Shown here: positions 7,064-15,927 of the stretch, piece after piece
How positions within the stretch are numbered: the stretch's first letter is position 1
Layout: each line of letters begins with the position of its first letter
DNA from: Dehalococcoidia bacterium UBA2162
GTDB lineage: Bacteria; Chloroflexota; Dehalococcoidia; Dehalococcoidales; UBA2162
Length of the DNA: 38,363 nucleotides
Direction: 5' to 3'
NCBI GenBank assembly: GCA_002335405.1
Contig: DCWM01000033.1
Location: 1-38,363 of the forward strand
The notes under the pieces: generated by a model
The model's database searches: none
Told to the model about the DNA's origin: nothing
What the model saw: only the letters and a program-made list of their open reading frames with translations
Program-made: the position numbers and the translations under genes

Positions 7064-7993
7064 ATGGCGGACGCGGAATACCGGCGACTGGCTCATCTGA
7101 AGCCTAATCTGGAACGACGGGCATTAATTTACCAGTTCACCCGTGCCTTCTTTCGGGGACGGGGGTTCCTTGAGGTAGAGACGCCGGTTCGTATGCCTGA
7201 GGTCGCTCCGGAGCAGCATATAACTCCCCTCGCAAGTGAAGATTGGTTTCTCTCAACCTCTCCAGAACTTCATATGAAGCGGGTGCTTGCCGCTGGATAT
7301 GACAAAATATTTCAGTTTAGCCACTGTTTCCGTAAAGGTGAGCAGGGCCGCGGGCATAATCCGGAGTTTACTATGCTGGAGTGGTATCGCAGTCGAGCTA
7401 ATTACCAACAGATGATTCATGATACGGAACAGTTAATCGTGACGCTGGCTAATGAACTCCAGTTCGGTCATCATATTCAATATCAAAATCAGGATGTTGA
7501 CCTGACCTTACCTTGGCCAAGGGTTACGGTACGCAATGCTTTCCGCTACGCCGCCGGCTGGGATCCGCTCGCTGAGCCTGATCCCGAGCGGTTCGATATT
7601 GACTTGGTGACTAAAGTTATACCTAGCTTCCCGCCCTGCCGGCCGATTGTTCTCCTTGATTATCCGGCGGTACTGGCTTCACTGGCTTGTCTTAAACCTA
7701 GTGAGCCGGTAGTAGCCGAGCGGGCGGAAGTTTTTATTGGTGGGCTGGAGTTGGCCAATGCTTACAGTGAGTTGAGAGATCAGAGGGAACAGGTAAGACG
7801 CTTTCGAGAGGAGATACGGCAAATCCAGCGTGAGACGGGACGTGCGATGGTCATCCCGCGAAAGTTTCTCAAGGCGCTGGTTCGTCTTCCTGAATGCGGC
7901 GGTATTGCCTTGGGTATTGATCGGTTAGTAATGCTTTTCTGTGATGCTGGTTCAATTGATGAAGTTATGCTGTTTACGGTGGATAGGATATAA
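7064..7993 (+). CDS. epmA: EF-P-(R)-beta-lysine ligase (PoxA/GenX, truncated class II LysRS paralog)
   Basis: Class II aaRS motifs FRGRGFLEVETP, FSHCFRKGEQGRGHNPEFTMLEWY and GIALGIDRLVML, with no anticodon-binding domain. It starts 4 nt after the efp stop. Confidence 0.8.
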   Translation: MADAEYRRLAHLKPNLERRALIYQFTRAFFRGRGFLEVETPVRMPEVAPEQHITPLASEDWFLSTSPELHMKRVLAAGYDKIFQFSHCFRKGEQGRGHNPEFTMLEWYRSRANYQQMIHDTEQLIVTLANELQFGHHIQYQNQDVDLTLPWPRVTVRNAFRYAAGWDPLAEPDPERFDIDLVTKVIPSFPPCRPIVLLDYPAVLASLACLKPSEPVVAERAEVFIGGLELANAYSELRDQREQVRRFREEIRQIQRETGRAMVIPRKFLKALVRLPECGGIALGIDRLVMLFCDAGSIDEVMLFTVDRI

Positions 7994-8121
7994 GGGTATG
8001 CGTTTGCCTAAGAATATGTGTCATTTTTTTGATAACGTATTCTTTCCCGCTCCTGAGCCATCGAATCGGCGTATTGTCTTTCTCTCACTCCGTAAAGTAT
8101 AATTGTCAAAAAGAGGAAGAT

Positions 8122-8574
8122 ATGAAGGTTATCTTTTTGCAGGATGTGTCTCGTGTTGCTAGGGTGGGTGAGGTTAAGGAGGTGGCTGATGGCTATGGCC
8201 GGAATTTTCTCCTTCCACAAAAGTTGGCTGTGCTTGCCAGTTCCGGGGCCATAAAGGATATGGGAGTAATAATAAGGCGGGAAGCTAGCCATCGGGCAAA
8301 AACGGAAGCCGAGTTAGCTGCATTAGCCAATCAATTGGACGGCAAAGAGATCGTTTTGAAAGCTAAAGTTGGGGAGAAGGACAAGCTCTATGGCTCGATA
8401 ACACTGGCGGATATTGCCGTCGAGCTGGAGCGTGCTACCGGTTTAGTCGTGGACAAACGGAAGATTGAGTTAGCGGAACCAATCCGGCAGGTGGGTAACT
8501 ACGAGGTAGCCATCAAATTGGGTAAGGATCTGGTCTCTCAGGTAAAGGTGACGGTAGCGGAAGAAGCAGCCTAG
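8122..8574 (+). CDS. rplI: 50S ribosomal protein L9
   Basis: MKVIFLQDV...GYGRNFLLPQKLA. ATG at 8122 is preceded by AAGAGGAAG. The longer track ORF from 8029 adds a non-homologous N-terminus. Confidence 0.9.
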   Translation: MKVIFLQDVSRVARVGEVKEVADGYGRNFLLPQKLAVLASSGAIKDMGVIIRREASHRAKTEAELAALANQLDGKEIVLKAKVGEKDKLYGSITLADIAVELERATGLVVDKRKIELAEPIRQVGNYEVAIKLGKDLVSQVKVTVAEEAA

Positions 8575-8607
8575 ATTGAAGGCTTTTGGAGCTGGCGAAG
8601 GAGGTGG

Positions 8608-9990
8608 GTGAGGGTGACAGACATAAAATTACCCCCTCATGATATTGATGCTGAAGAAGCGGTCATTGGTTCTCTGTTAATCGATGGTACGGCTATCTAT
8701 AAGATTACCACTTTTCTGCAATCGCCAGATTTTTACCAGGAACAAAACCAGTGGCTGTATGTCGCCTGTCTGGAACTTTATCAACGTAACGAGGCCATTA
8801 ACCAAATCACGGTGGCTCAGGAGCTTAATCGGCAGAGTAAGCTGACGACGTGCGGGGGTGCGGCCTATCTCAGTCAGTTAATCGCTAATTGCCCTACGCC
8901 GCTGGATATCGAACATTATGCGCGTATTGTCTACCGTCTGGCCGTTAGCCGTCGTTTGGTTGAGGCGGCGCGACGAATTGAAACTATTGGCTATGAAGCT
9001 AACCCTGATGCCGATGATAGTCTGAACAGGGCGGAAGATGTTCTCTTTAGATTGCGTCATGGACAAAGCCTTCGAGACTTTACCCATATTCGTCAGGTAT
9101 TAGATAAATATTTCGACCCGACTCCCCCTGATGGTGAAGATGGCCAGGCTGAGCTAATCACACAGGTACTTTCTAGTTATACCGGACTGGATGAGTTTCT
9201 CGGCGGTTTCCAGCGCTCCGACCTTATCATCGTGGCTGGTCGGCCGAGCATGGGTAAAACTAGCTTTGCTCTTAGTCTTGCCGCTAATGCCGCCATGAAG
9301 CAGGCGGCTTGTGTGGCGCTATTCAGTCTGGAGATGGCTCGTGAGCCGTTGGTCTTGCGTATACTCGCTAGTGAAGCCGATGTCGATTCTCGGAGGGTTC
9401 AACTCGGTCGGCACACTACCGAGGATGAGGAAAAAAGAATTATGAATGCCATCGGTGTTCTGTCGGAGGCTCCGATTTACATTGACGATTCGCCGCAACT
9501 CCGTGTTGTTGAGATGCGGAGTAAGGCTCGTCGCCTTTATTTTGAGCATGGTATTGATCTTATTATCGTTGACTATTTGCAATTGGTGCAGGGGGAGGGA
9601 CGGGGCGAAAACAGGGTTCAGGAAATTGGTTATATCTCTCGTTCCCTCAAAGCATTGGCGCGCGAACTTAACGTACCGGTGGTAGCGGTATCACAACTCA
9701 GTCGGGCGGTGGAGTGGCGTGCATCACATAGACCGCAACTGTCTGACCTGCGGGAAAGCGGTAGCATCGAGCAGGATGCTGATATTGTTATGTTTATCTA
9801 TCGGGATGATTACTACTATACGGAAAAAGAGTGGCAAACCCAGCACTCGGATGAAGAGTACCCGGCCGGCGTTGCCGATATTATTATTGCTAAGCATCGT
9901 AATGGTCCGACGGGTGAAATTAAGCTCCATTTTATTTCTCGGTCGGCTAAATTTAGGGATATTGCTAGTCAGGAGCCATCTCTGTTATGA
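8608..9990 (+). CDS. dnaB: Replicative DNA helicase DnaB
   Basis: N-terminal PPHDIDAEEAVIGSLL, Walker A GRPSMGKT, then IVDYLQL and SQLSR motifs. The alternative GTG at 8614 is better spaced from AGGAGG (8599-8604). Confidence 0.95.
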   Translation: MRVTDIKLPPHDIDAEEAVIGSLLIDGTAIYKITTFLQSPDFYQEQNQWLYVACLELYQRNEAINQITVAQELNRQSKLTTCGGAAYLSQLIANCPTPLDIEHYARIVYRLAVSRRLVEAARRIETIGYEANPDADDSLNRAEDVLFRLRHGQSLRDFTHIRQVLDKYFDPTPPDGEDGQAELITQVLSSYTGLDEFLGGFQRSDLIIVAGRPSMGKTSFALSLAANAAMKQAACVALFSLEMAREPLVLRILASEADVDSRRVQLGRHTTEDEEKRIMNAIGVLSEAPIYIDDSPQLRVVEMRSKARRLYFEHGIDLIIVDYLQLVQGEGRGENRVQEIGYISRSLKALARELNVPVVAVSQLSRAVEWRASHRPQLSDLRESGSIEQDADIVMFIYRDDYYYTEKEWQTQHSDEEYPAGVADIIIAKHRNGPTGEIKLHFISRSAKFRDIASQEPSLL

Positions 9991-10718
9991 AGACCTTCGA
10001 CCGTGTTCAGGACAAGCCGTTCAGCGGTTTTCCTGAGATGCAGTTTACACCGGTGCCGGATCTTTTTTTTAGTCGTTTACTGGCGGAAATCAGTGATATG
10101 GCCGAGCTAAAGATACTTCTCCACATCTTTTGGGTAATCTACGGTAAACGGGGGTATCCTTGTTTTGCTACTTACCATGATCTAGTTGATAACGCTTGCC
10201 TGGTAAATAGTCTGGGTGGCGGCGAAAAATCGCCTGAAGTGTTACGTGGGGCATTAGCGATGGCGGAGAAACGGGGAACAATCCTCCATCTAGTCCTTGA
10301 CCGGGAGGGGGCCCCAGAAGATGTTTATTTCCTCAATACTCAATCAGAGCGGCAGATTGTAGCCAAAATAAAGAATGGTGAGCTAAATCTGCCTGGATTG
10401 ATGTCTAAGGGGCAGACTTGCCCTGAGACGGCGACGGAGCCACCGGATATTTTCACCCTTTATGAAGAGAATATTGGACTGTTAACGCCTATGATTGCTG
10501 ATGAGCTGCGCGCGGCCGAGAAACTTTATCCTACAGTTTGGCTCAGAGATGCTATCAAAAGGGCGGCGGAGGAAAACAAACATAAGTGGAGCTACATTCA
10601 GGCTATTCTGGAACGTTGGGTAGCAGAAGGTAAGGGTGATGGAACATATAAGGGAGATTCTAGAGCAGGCCCGGCTAAATACTTTAAGCAAAGATACGAC
10701 CACATGGTCAAGCGGTGA
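9987..10718 (+). CDS. DnaD/DnaB_2-domain replication (helicase-loading accessory) protein
   Basis: The C-terminal segment IFTLYEENIGLLTPMIADELRAAEKLYP..WLRDAIKRAAEENKHKWSYIQAILERW is a typical DnaD-like (DnaB_2) domain. ATGA overlap with the dnaB stop. Confidence 0.75.
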   Translation: MKTFDRVQDKPFSGFPEMQFTPVPDLFFSRLLAEISDMAELKILLHIFWVIYGKRGYPCFATYHDLVDNACLVNSLGGGEKSPEVLRGALAMAEKRGTILHLVLDREGAPEDVYFLNTQSERQIVAKIKNGELNLPGLMSKGQTCPETATEPPDIFTLYEENIGLLTPMIADELRAAEKLYPTVWLRDAIKRAAEENKHKWSYIQAILERWVAEGKGDGTYKGDSRAGPAKYFKQRYDHMVKR

Positions 10719-12066
10719 CCCTACCGAGGTCGTACCAGAGGGGCCTGTCCTGAGCGAATCGAAGGAAACTTGTCCTGTTTGCCATGGGGTAAAGTTCGTT
10801 TATCCGCTTCTGTCTTCGGGGAAACCGGATTATAGCCGTGTGGTCACCTGCCGGTGTGTTCAGATAGCCTTAAGCGAGGAACATCGTTCTCGTTTGCGGA
10901 ATTATAGTAACTTGGGTTCGATGACTCGCTTGACCTTTGTTAATTTGGATCCTCAAGGTCGAAGCGAAGAGCCGAATAGACAGGAGAGATTCAATCGGGC
11001 TTATCGGGCAGCTCGAGCTTTTGCCGCCGAGCCTAAAGGCTGGCTCGTCTTGGTTGGCCCGAGCGGTTGTGGCAAGACCCATTTAGCCGCGGCCACCGCT
11101 AACTATTGTCTCGAAAAAGATTACCCGGTGTTCTACGTTACCGCCCCCGATCTGCTTGACCATTTGCGCTCAACTTTCAGTCCCAGCGGTGCGATGCCAT
11201 ACGACGAGTTTTTTGAGCAGGTCCGTAATGCTCCTTTGCTTACCCTAGACGATTTAGGTGTTCAATCCAGTACCCCATGGGCCAAGGAAAAACTGGACCA
11301 ATTACTCAATCATCGTTTCAATAATCAGTTGCCGACGGTGATTGTTTCCATCGTTCCTATTACCGAGTTAGAGGAAAGAATACGTACCCGTCTTCTCGTC
11401 TCCAATTTTTGTCAGGTATACGAACTTGGTGAAGAAATTCAGACTTTATTTACCTACAGTTGGGGGTCTGAGTTTGAACTACAGAAGAAAATGACCTTTG
11501 ACAGCTTTGATTCGGAGCGGGTTAATTTGCCGTCGGAGCAGCGTGAAAATCTGACCGAAGCCTACCGTTTAGCCCTTGACTTTGCCAAGTCGCCCGATGG
11601 TTGGCGGGTGTTTCAGGGCGTTAATGGTTGTGGTAAGACTCATTTGGCGTCGGCTATTGTCAACTATCGTTATCAGACTAACCAACCAGCCTTGTTCGTT
11701 GTCGTTCCTGATTTCCTCGACCATCTGCGCTCAACCTTTAGTCCGGAGAGTAAGACATCCTATGATCAGCTCTTTGAAAGTGTTAAGAGCGCGCCACTAT
11801 TGGTTCTGGATGACTTCGGTCAGCAATCGACTACACCCTGGGCTCAGGAAAAGCTCTATCAGGTGATTAACCACCGTTATAATTCTCGGTTGCCGACCGT
11901 CATTACTACCACCTGTTCCACAGAAGAGCTAGATAGACCGATAAGTTCTCGGTTTGTCGACCCTAAGCTTAGCCTGATATTCCATATTATGGCGCCGGAT
12001 TACCGGGGGGATGCGACTAGTCAGAAGAGACAGCCTCATAGTGGTCAAAGGGGCCGACGGGGCTAG
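10636..12066 (+). CDS. DnaC/DnaI-like helicase loader with an N-terminal Cys4 zinc finger and two tandem AAA+ modules
   Basis: CPVCHG...CRC, then two complete modules with Walker A (GPSGCGKTH / GVNGCGKTH) and Walker B (LLTLDD / LLVLDD). GTG at 10636 is followed by ATG at 10639, and GAAGG lies 8 nt upstream of the ATG. Confidence 0.85.
   Translation: MMEHIREILEQARLNTLSKDTTTWSSGDPTEVVPEGPVLSESKETCPVCHGVKFVYPLLSSGKPDYSRVVTCRCVQIALSEEHRSRLRNYSNLGSMTRLTFVNLDPQGRSEEPNRQERFNRAYRAARAFAAEPKGWLVLVGPSGCGKTHLAAATANYCLEKDYPVFYVTAPDLLDHLRSTFSPSGAMPYDEFFEQVRNAPLLTLDDLGVQSSTPWAKEKLDQLLNHRFNNQLPTVIVSIVPITELEERIRTRLLVSNFCQVYELGEEIQTLFTYSWGSEFELQKKMTFDSFDSERVNLPSEQRENLTEAYRLALDFAKSPDGWRVFQGVNGCGKTHLASAIVNYRYQTNQPALFVVVPDFLDHLRSTFSPESKTSYDQLFESVKSAPLLVLDDFGQQSTTPWAQEKLYQVINHRYNSRLPTVITTTCSTEELDRPISSRFVDPKLSLIFHIMAPDYRGDATSQKRQPHSGQRGRRG
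10921..12000 (+). repeat. Intragenic tandem duplication of the loader AAA+ module (about 10921-11430 and 11491-12000)
   Basis: Residues 135-235 align without gaps to 322-422 (offset 187 aa = 561 nt). My hand count is about 61 identities in about 103 positions. It includes LDHLRSTFSP in both copies, and the encoding DNA stretches are similar. Confidence 0.85.
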
Positions 12067-12125
12067 GTCACCAAGCGTAAAGTTTGTGTCCCATGACGTT
12101 TTTTCAGTAAAATGGGGAAACTTTA

Positions 12126-12638
12126 ATGATTATCAACCTGCCTGTCCTGGTGTTAAACCAAAGTTATGAGCCACTGAACATCTGTCGGGTCCGGCGAGCG
12201 GTTGTGTTGATCTATGAGGATAAGGCGGAGATGCTGGAAAATGGCTCGGGCTTTATTCATTCTGCTAACTTTGACTTCCCGGTACCTTCAGTAATTCGCC
12301 TGGCGGTGATGATTAGGCGTCCGCCTCAGTCAGAAAAAAACCTGACCCGGTTTGAGATTTTTAAACGTGACCGTTACACCTGCCAGTATTGTGGTAGGGA
12401 AATCCAACAGCTTACCCTTGATCATGTCATTCCGCGTTACCGTGGTGGGCAACATAGCTGGGAAAATGTGGTTAGCGCCTGTATGCCGTGTAATCGTCAT
12501 AAGGCCGGCAGAACCCCACGGGAGGCGAGGATGAAATTAGTTCGCCTACCGGCACGTCCACGGTATAATGGTCTTTTTTATCTTCCCGCTCACTATCAGC
12601 ACATTCGGCATGAGTGGCAAAAGTATCTGCTTCAGTGA
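12126..12638 (+). CDS. HNH endonuclease family protein
   Basis: YTCQYCG...LTLDHVIPRYRGGQHSWENVVSACMPCNRHK is an HNH/Zn-finger core. The N-terminal VLVLNQSYEPLNICRVRRAVVLI segment is typical of a conserved family of about 170 aa. Confidence 0.85.
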   Translation: MIINLPVLVLNQSYEPLNICRVRRAVVLIYEDKAEMLENGSGFIHSANFDFPVPSVIRLAVMIRRPPQSEKNLTRFEIFKRDRYTCQYCGREIQQLTLDHVIPRYRGGQHSWENVVSACMPCNRHKAGRTPREARMKLVRLPARPRYNGLFYLPAHYQHIRHEWQKYLLQ

Positions 12639-12640
12639 GG

Positions 12641-13573
12641 CTACTCTGGAACTTTACCGGATACCGGACGGGGAAGCAGACCAGCCTTACTGACAATATC
12701 GGGAATAATCTCTTCCCAACCGACGGCCATGATATGAATGCCATGAACTCCGGGGAGTGTTCTTATGTGCTCGATAATTTCGAGGGTTATCTTTAATCCT
12801 TCTTCTTTGGCATTCTTGGCATCTTCAAGCCGGCTTGTAATGGACTGTGGGACATTTATACCTGGGACCGAGTCTCTCATATAGCGAGCCATGCCGGCAG
12901 CTTTGATAGGGAGCACGCCTGCTAGGATGTGTACTTGCTTATCTAGTCCGCGGTCCGTGACCATTTCCATCCACTTGGTAAACCGGACTAAGTCATAGAC
13001 TGCCTGAGTTTGAATAAAATCGGCTCCGGCCTTAATTTTTTTAGCCAGACGGTTTACCCGGAATTCAAAAGGGTCGGCAAAAGGATTCTCTACTGCACCG
13101 ATAAAGAGCGGTACCTCTCCAGAGATATCTTCCCCACAGATGAATTTCTTTTCGTCACGCATATTCTTCAGCACGCGGATTAGTTGAATTGAGTCCATAT
13201 CAAAGACACCCTTGGCGGCAGGGTGATTACCAAATCCCTGATGGTCGCCGGTGAGGCAGAGGATGTTGTTAATGCCCAAGGCGATGGCTCCTAACACATC
13301 ACTCTGGAGGGCGATTCTATTCCGGTCTCGGGTGACCATTTGCATCACGGGTTCGACATCCTGTTGCTTCAGCAGCACGCAACCTGCCAGGCTTGACATA
13401 CGTACGACTGCGGTCTGATTATCGGTGATGTTAACGGCATCACAGTAAGGACGCAGGATCTCCGCTTTCTGCTGAACTACCCGGGCGCTGGTGCCTTTGG
13501 GTGGGCCGGCTTCAGCGGTAACGGCAAACTGGCCACTGGTCAGGACTTTCTCAAGATTTGTGCCTGCTTTCAT
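12641..13573 (-). CDS. metF: Methylenetetrahydrofolate reductase, acetogen-type MetF
   Basis: FAVTAEAGPPKG, ITDNQ and LCLTGDH motifs. Immediately downstream of metV (8-nt gap). Confidence 0.9.
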   Translation of the reverse strand: MKAGTNLEKVLTSGQFAVTAEAGPPKGTSARVVQQKAEILRPYCDAVNITDNQTAVVRMSSLAGCVLLKQQDVEPVMQMVTRDRNRIALQSDVLGAIALGINNILCLTGDHQGFGNHPAAKGVFDMDSIQLIRVLKNMRDEKKFICGEDISGEVPLFIGAVENPFADPFEFRVNRLAKKIKAGADFIQTQAVYDLVRFTKWMEMVTDRGLDKQVHILAGVLPIKAAGMARYMRDSVPGINVPQSITSRLEDAKNAKEEGLKITLEIIEHIRTLPGVHGIHIMAVGWEEIIPDIVSKAGLLPRPVSGKVPE

Positions 13574-13581
13574 TTTTGCTC

Positions 13582-14235
13582 TTAGGATTCGAGAATAATC
13601 TGTCGTGGTCCCCCCGAGAGACTGGTGCTCCAGTCTTTGAGTGGCTCAATTTCGTCTAACTGGTCTAGCCGACCTTGGGCGGTAAGGCGGTCGATAATCT
13701 GTTGCCAGCCACAGGGAGTATTGGGGTTAACTTCACACTTGCCATTGATTGACCCACCACAAGGACCATTGAATAAGCTTTTGGCGCATCTGGTGATGGG
13801 GCAAATGGTGGCGGTTTTGCCCAGAACACAACCGCCGCATTGTATACAGGCTTCGGTAAAATTTCCTGGGCTCTGCTCCTTACCTATAAATATGGTGTCC
13901 AGAGCGGGATAGACCGGTTTGCTGGTATAAAGAGCGATTGTTAAGATGCCGAAGGAACAGGGCATCGCTAGTATACTGTCGGCTGCCTCGATCTCCCGGG
14001 TATTTACCGCTAAGGCCTGCTGAGTTAGCGGGTCGCAGGCTGTCGGAATAACCATCCAGCCGGTGACTTTCTTTCCCGCCGTCTCCAGCTTCTCTTTCAT
14101 GGCTAGAACTTCGGCTTTACCACCAGTATGCTGAGTGGTGGTGCAGGTGCCGCATCCGACCAGATAGATTTTCTGGTCCTGGCTAATAGATTCCAGTACT
14201 TCTTCGAACGGTTTTGGTTGTGTAATCGATATCAT
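13582..14235 (-). CDS. metV: Methylene-THF reductase small subunit MetV (MTHFR_C, Cys-rich Zn/FeS domain)
   Basis: LVGCGTCTT and the C-terminal CIQCGGCVLGKTATICPITRCAKSLFNGPCGG pattern are typical of MetV. Confidence 0.85.
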   Translation of the reverse strand: MISITQPKPFEEVLESISQDQKIYLVGCGTCTTTQHTGGKAEVLAMKEKLETAGKKVTGWMVIPTACDPLTQQALAVNTREIEAADSILAMPCSFGILTIALYTSKPVYPALDTIFIGKEQSPGNFTEACIQCGGCVLGKTATICPITRCAKSLFNGPCGGSINGKCEVNPNTPCGWQQIIDRLTAQGRLDQLDEIEPLKDWSTSLSGGPRQIILES

Positions 14236-14255
14236 ATCACTACCTCACCTTATGT

Positions 14256-15446
14256 TTATTTGATGCGGCTTTCATAATCATGCCGAAAATACTGCAGACT
14301 GTCTATTACCGGGAAAGGCGCTGCCTGGCCTAAGCCACATAAAGAGGCAAGCATCATTGTGCTCGAGAGCTCTTCCAATAATCCTGTATCCTTCGGCGTG
14401 CCTCGGCCACCGGCAAATTTCTGTAAAATCTTAACCATGGCTTCGGTGCCTTCCCGGCAGGGAGAGCATTTGCCACAGGACTCTTTATTGAGGAACTCCA
14501 TGGTTCTCAAGACGATATCGATGGTATCCCGGCTCTCATTATAGACGATAACCCCGCCTGCTCCGAGAATAGTTTCGAAAGACAGGGAGGTATCGAGCAT
14601 AGTAGAGGATACGATTCGCCCCATGGCGCCACCGATTTGCACCATCTTCACTGTCTCCGCCCCGGCTAAGTCGATAACCAGTTCCCTGAGTTTACTGCCT
14701 AAAACTAGTTCGTAGACGCCGGGTTTCGCCACATCGCCGCTGACTGAGAAGACCTTAGTACCTTTGCTCCGCTCGGTACCTATCTGCCTGAACTGTTGAG
14801 CTCCGTTCAAAATGATGTTGGGGATATTCATCAGAGTTTCGACATTATTGATTACGGTCGGGTTTCCCCACAGTCCTTTTGTCGTTGGAAAGGGAGGTCG
14901 GTAGCGAGGTTCACCGCGCTTACCTTCAATAGAATCCATCAATGCTGTTTCCTCACCACAAATATAAGCGCCGGCCCCCTCTCTTATGTCAATCTTAACA
15001 TGTTTCAGGAAGCCTTTGTCTTTAGCTTGGCTGATGGCATTCTCAAGTAAATTCCGTAGGCGGTGATATTCCGATCGTAGGTAGATATAACTCTGCTTTG
15101 CGCCGATAGCATAGGCGGCAATAGTGATGCCCTCGATAAAGGTGAATGGGTCATTTTCAATTATGTATCTGTCCTTAAAAGTGCCGACCTCGCCTTCGTC
15201 GGCATTACCGACAAGATACTTCTCATCCCCCGGCGTGTTCCGTGCCGCTTCCCATTTTGAGCCACAGGGGAAGCCCGCCCCGCCTCGCCCTCGTAGCCCG
15301 GAGGCTTTAACCTCATTGATAATTTCGTCCGGCTCCATTACCTGAGCTTTGGCTAATGCCTTGAAGTCATGCCTTGCCAAGTAGGTGTTTATATCTCTGG
15401 GGTTAATCATTTGGCAGTTTTTCAGTACAATCTGTTTCTCTGGCAT
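14256..15446 (-). CDS. NuoF/HydB-like NADH- and FMN-binding iron-sulfur flavoprotein (short form)
   Basis: GLRGRGGAGFPCGSKW, GAGAYICGEETAL and the [4Fe-4S] motif CGKCSPC..(x)..C. At 396 aa it has no extra ferredoxin or thioredoxin-like domains. Confidence 0.85.
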   Translation of the reverse strand: MPEKQIVLKNCQMINPRDINTYLARHDFKALAKAQVMEPDEIINEVKASGLRGRGGAGFPCGSKWEAARNTPGDEKYLVGNADEGEVGTFKDRYIIENDPFTFIEGITIAAYAIGAKQSYIYLRSEYHRLRNLLENAISQAKDKGFLKHVKIDIREGAGAYICGEETALMDSIEGKRGEPRYRPPFPTTKGLWGNPTVINNVETLMNIPNIILNGAQQFRQIGTERSKGTKVFSVSGDVAKPGVYELVLGSKLRELVIDLAGAETVKMVQIGGAMGRIVSSTMLDTSLSFETILGAGGVIVYNESRDTIDIVLRTMEFLNKESCGKCSPCREGTEAMVKILQKFAGGRGTPKDTGLLEELSSTMMLASLCGLGQAAPFPVIDSLQYFRHDYESRIK

Positions 15447-15464
15447 GAATTATCCACCCAGACT

Positions 15465-15905
15465 TTACTTATATAATTTCAGAATCTGTGATATTTTATT
15501 CGGGGTTAAATTACCATGAAGGTCGCGGTTAATCAACATGGCTGGGGCATAATCACAGGCGCCGATACAGTTGGTTAATTCTAAGGAAAATTTGTTATCG
15601 CTAGTAGTCTCGCCGGGTTTGATTCCAAGAGTTCTTTCTAAGTTGTCGATGGTTATCTCGGCGTGTTTGAGATGGCAGGGTAGATTCTGACAAACCCAGA
15701 TGACATTTCGGCCTAAAGGCTTGGTAGCGAGGAAAGAATAGAAGGTAGCTACCCCATAGATCTCGCTTACCGGTAAATCTAAGGATTGAGCGACCTCGGT
15801 AATGGACTCCTCCGGTATGTAGCCGAATTGGCTCTCTACCCTCTTCAGCCGGATAAGTATATTTTCGTTCTGTGGTGAGATGGTTTGAGTTTTAATTTTA
15901 GTCAC
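15465..15905 (-). CDS. NuoE/HydC-like thioredoxin-fold [2Fe-2S] protein
   Basis: The CQNLPC and CIGAC cysteine pairs have the spacing typical of the NuoE family. Confidence 0.85.
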   Translation of the reverse strand: MTKIKTQTISPQNENILIRLKRVESQFGYIPEESITEVAQSLDLPVSEIYGVATFYSFLATKPLGRNVIWVCQNLPCHLKHAEITIDNLERTLGIKPGETTSDNKFSLELTNCIGACDYAPAMLINRDLHGNLTPNKISQILKLYK

Positions 15906-15927
15906 CTTTGTTCACGGTTAGTACTAG

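Noticed and set aside
8029-8121. N-terminal extensions of the track ORFs for rplI (8029), HIT (29013), NDP-sugar pyrophosphorylase (23739) and DUF1015 (3765).
   Set aside because: The extensions are non-homologous to the families and overlap neighbouring genes or promoters. Internal ATGs give canonical N-termini, and in the rplI, HIT and NDP-sugar pyrophosphorylase cases follow recognisable purine-rich SD-like sequences. The downstream starts were used.
8122-12638. The dnaB, dnaD-like, DnaC-like and HNH genes as a prophage or plasmid-derived replication module or mobile element.
   Set aside because: No integrase, recombinase, terminase, structural genes, att-like flanking repeats or compositional shift. 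rplI-dnaB is a widely conserved chromosomal arrangement. The cluster is better read as the host helicase-loading system.
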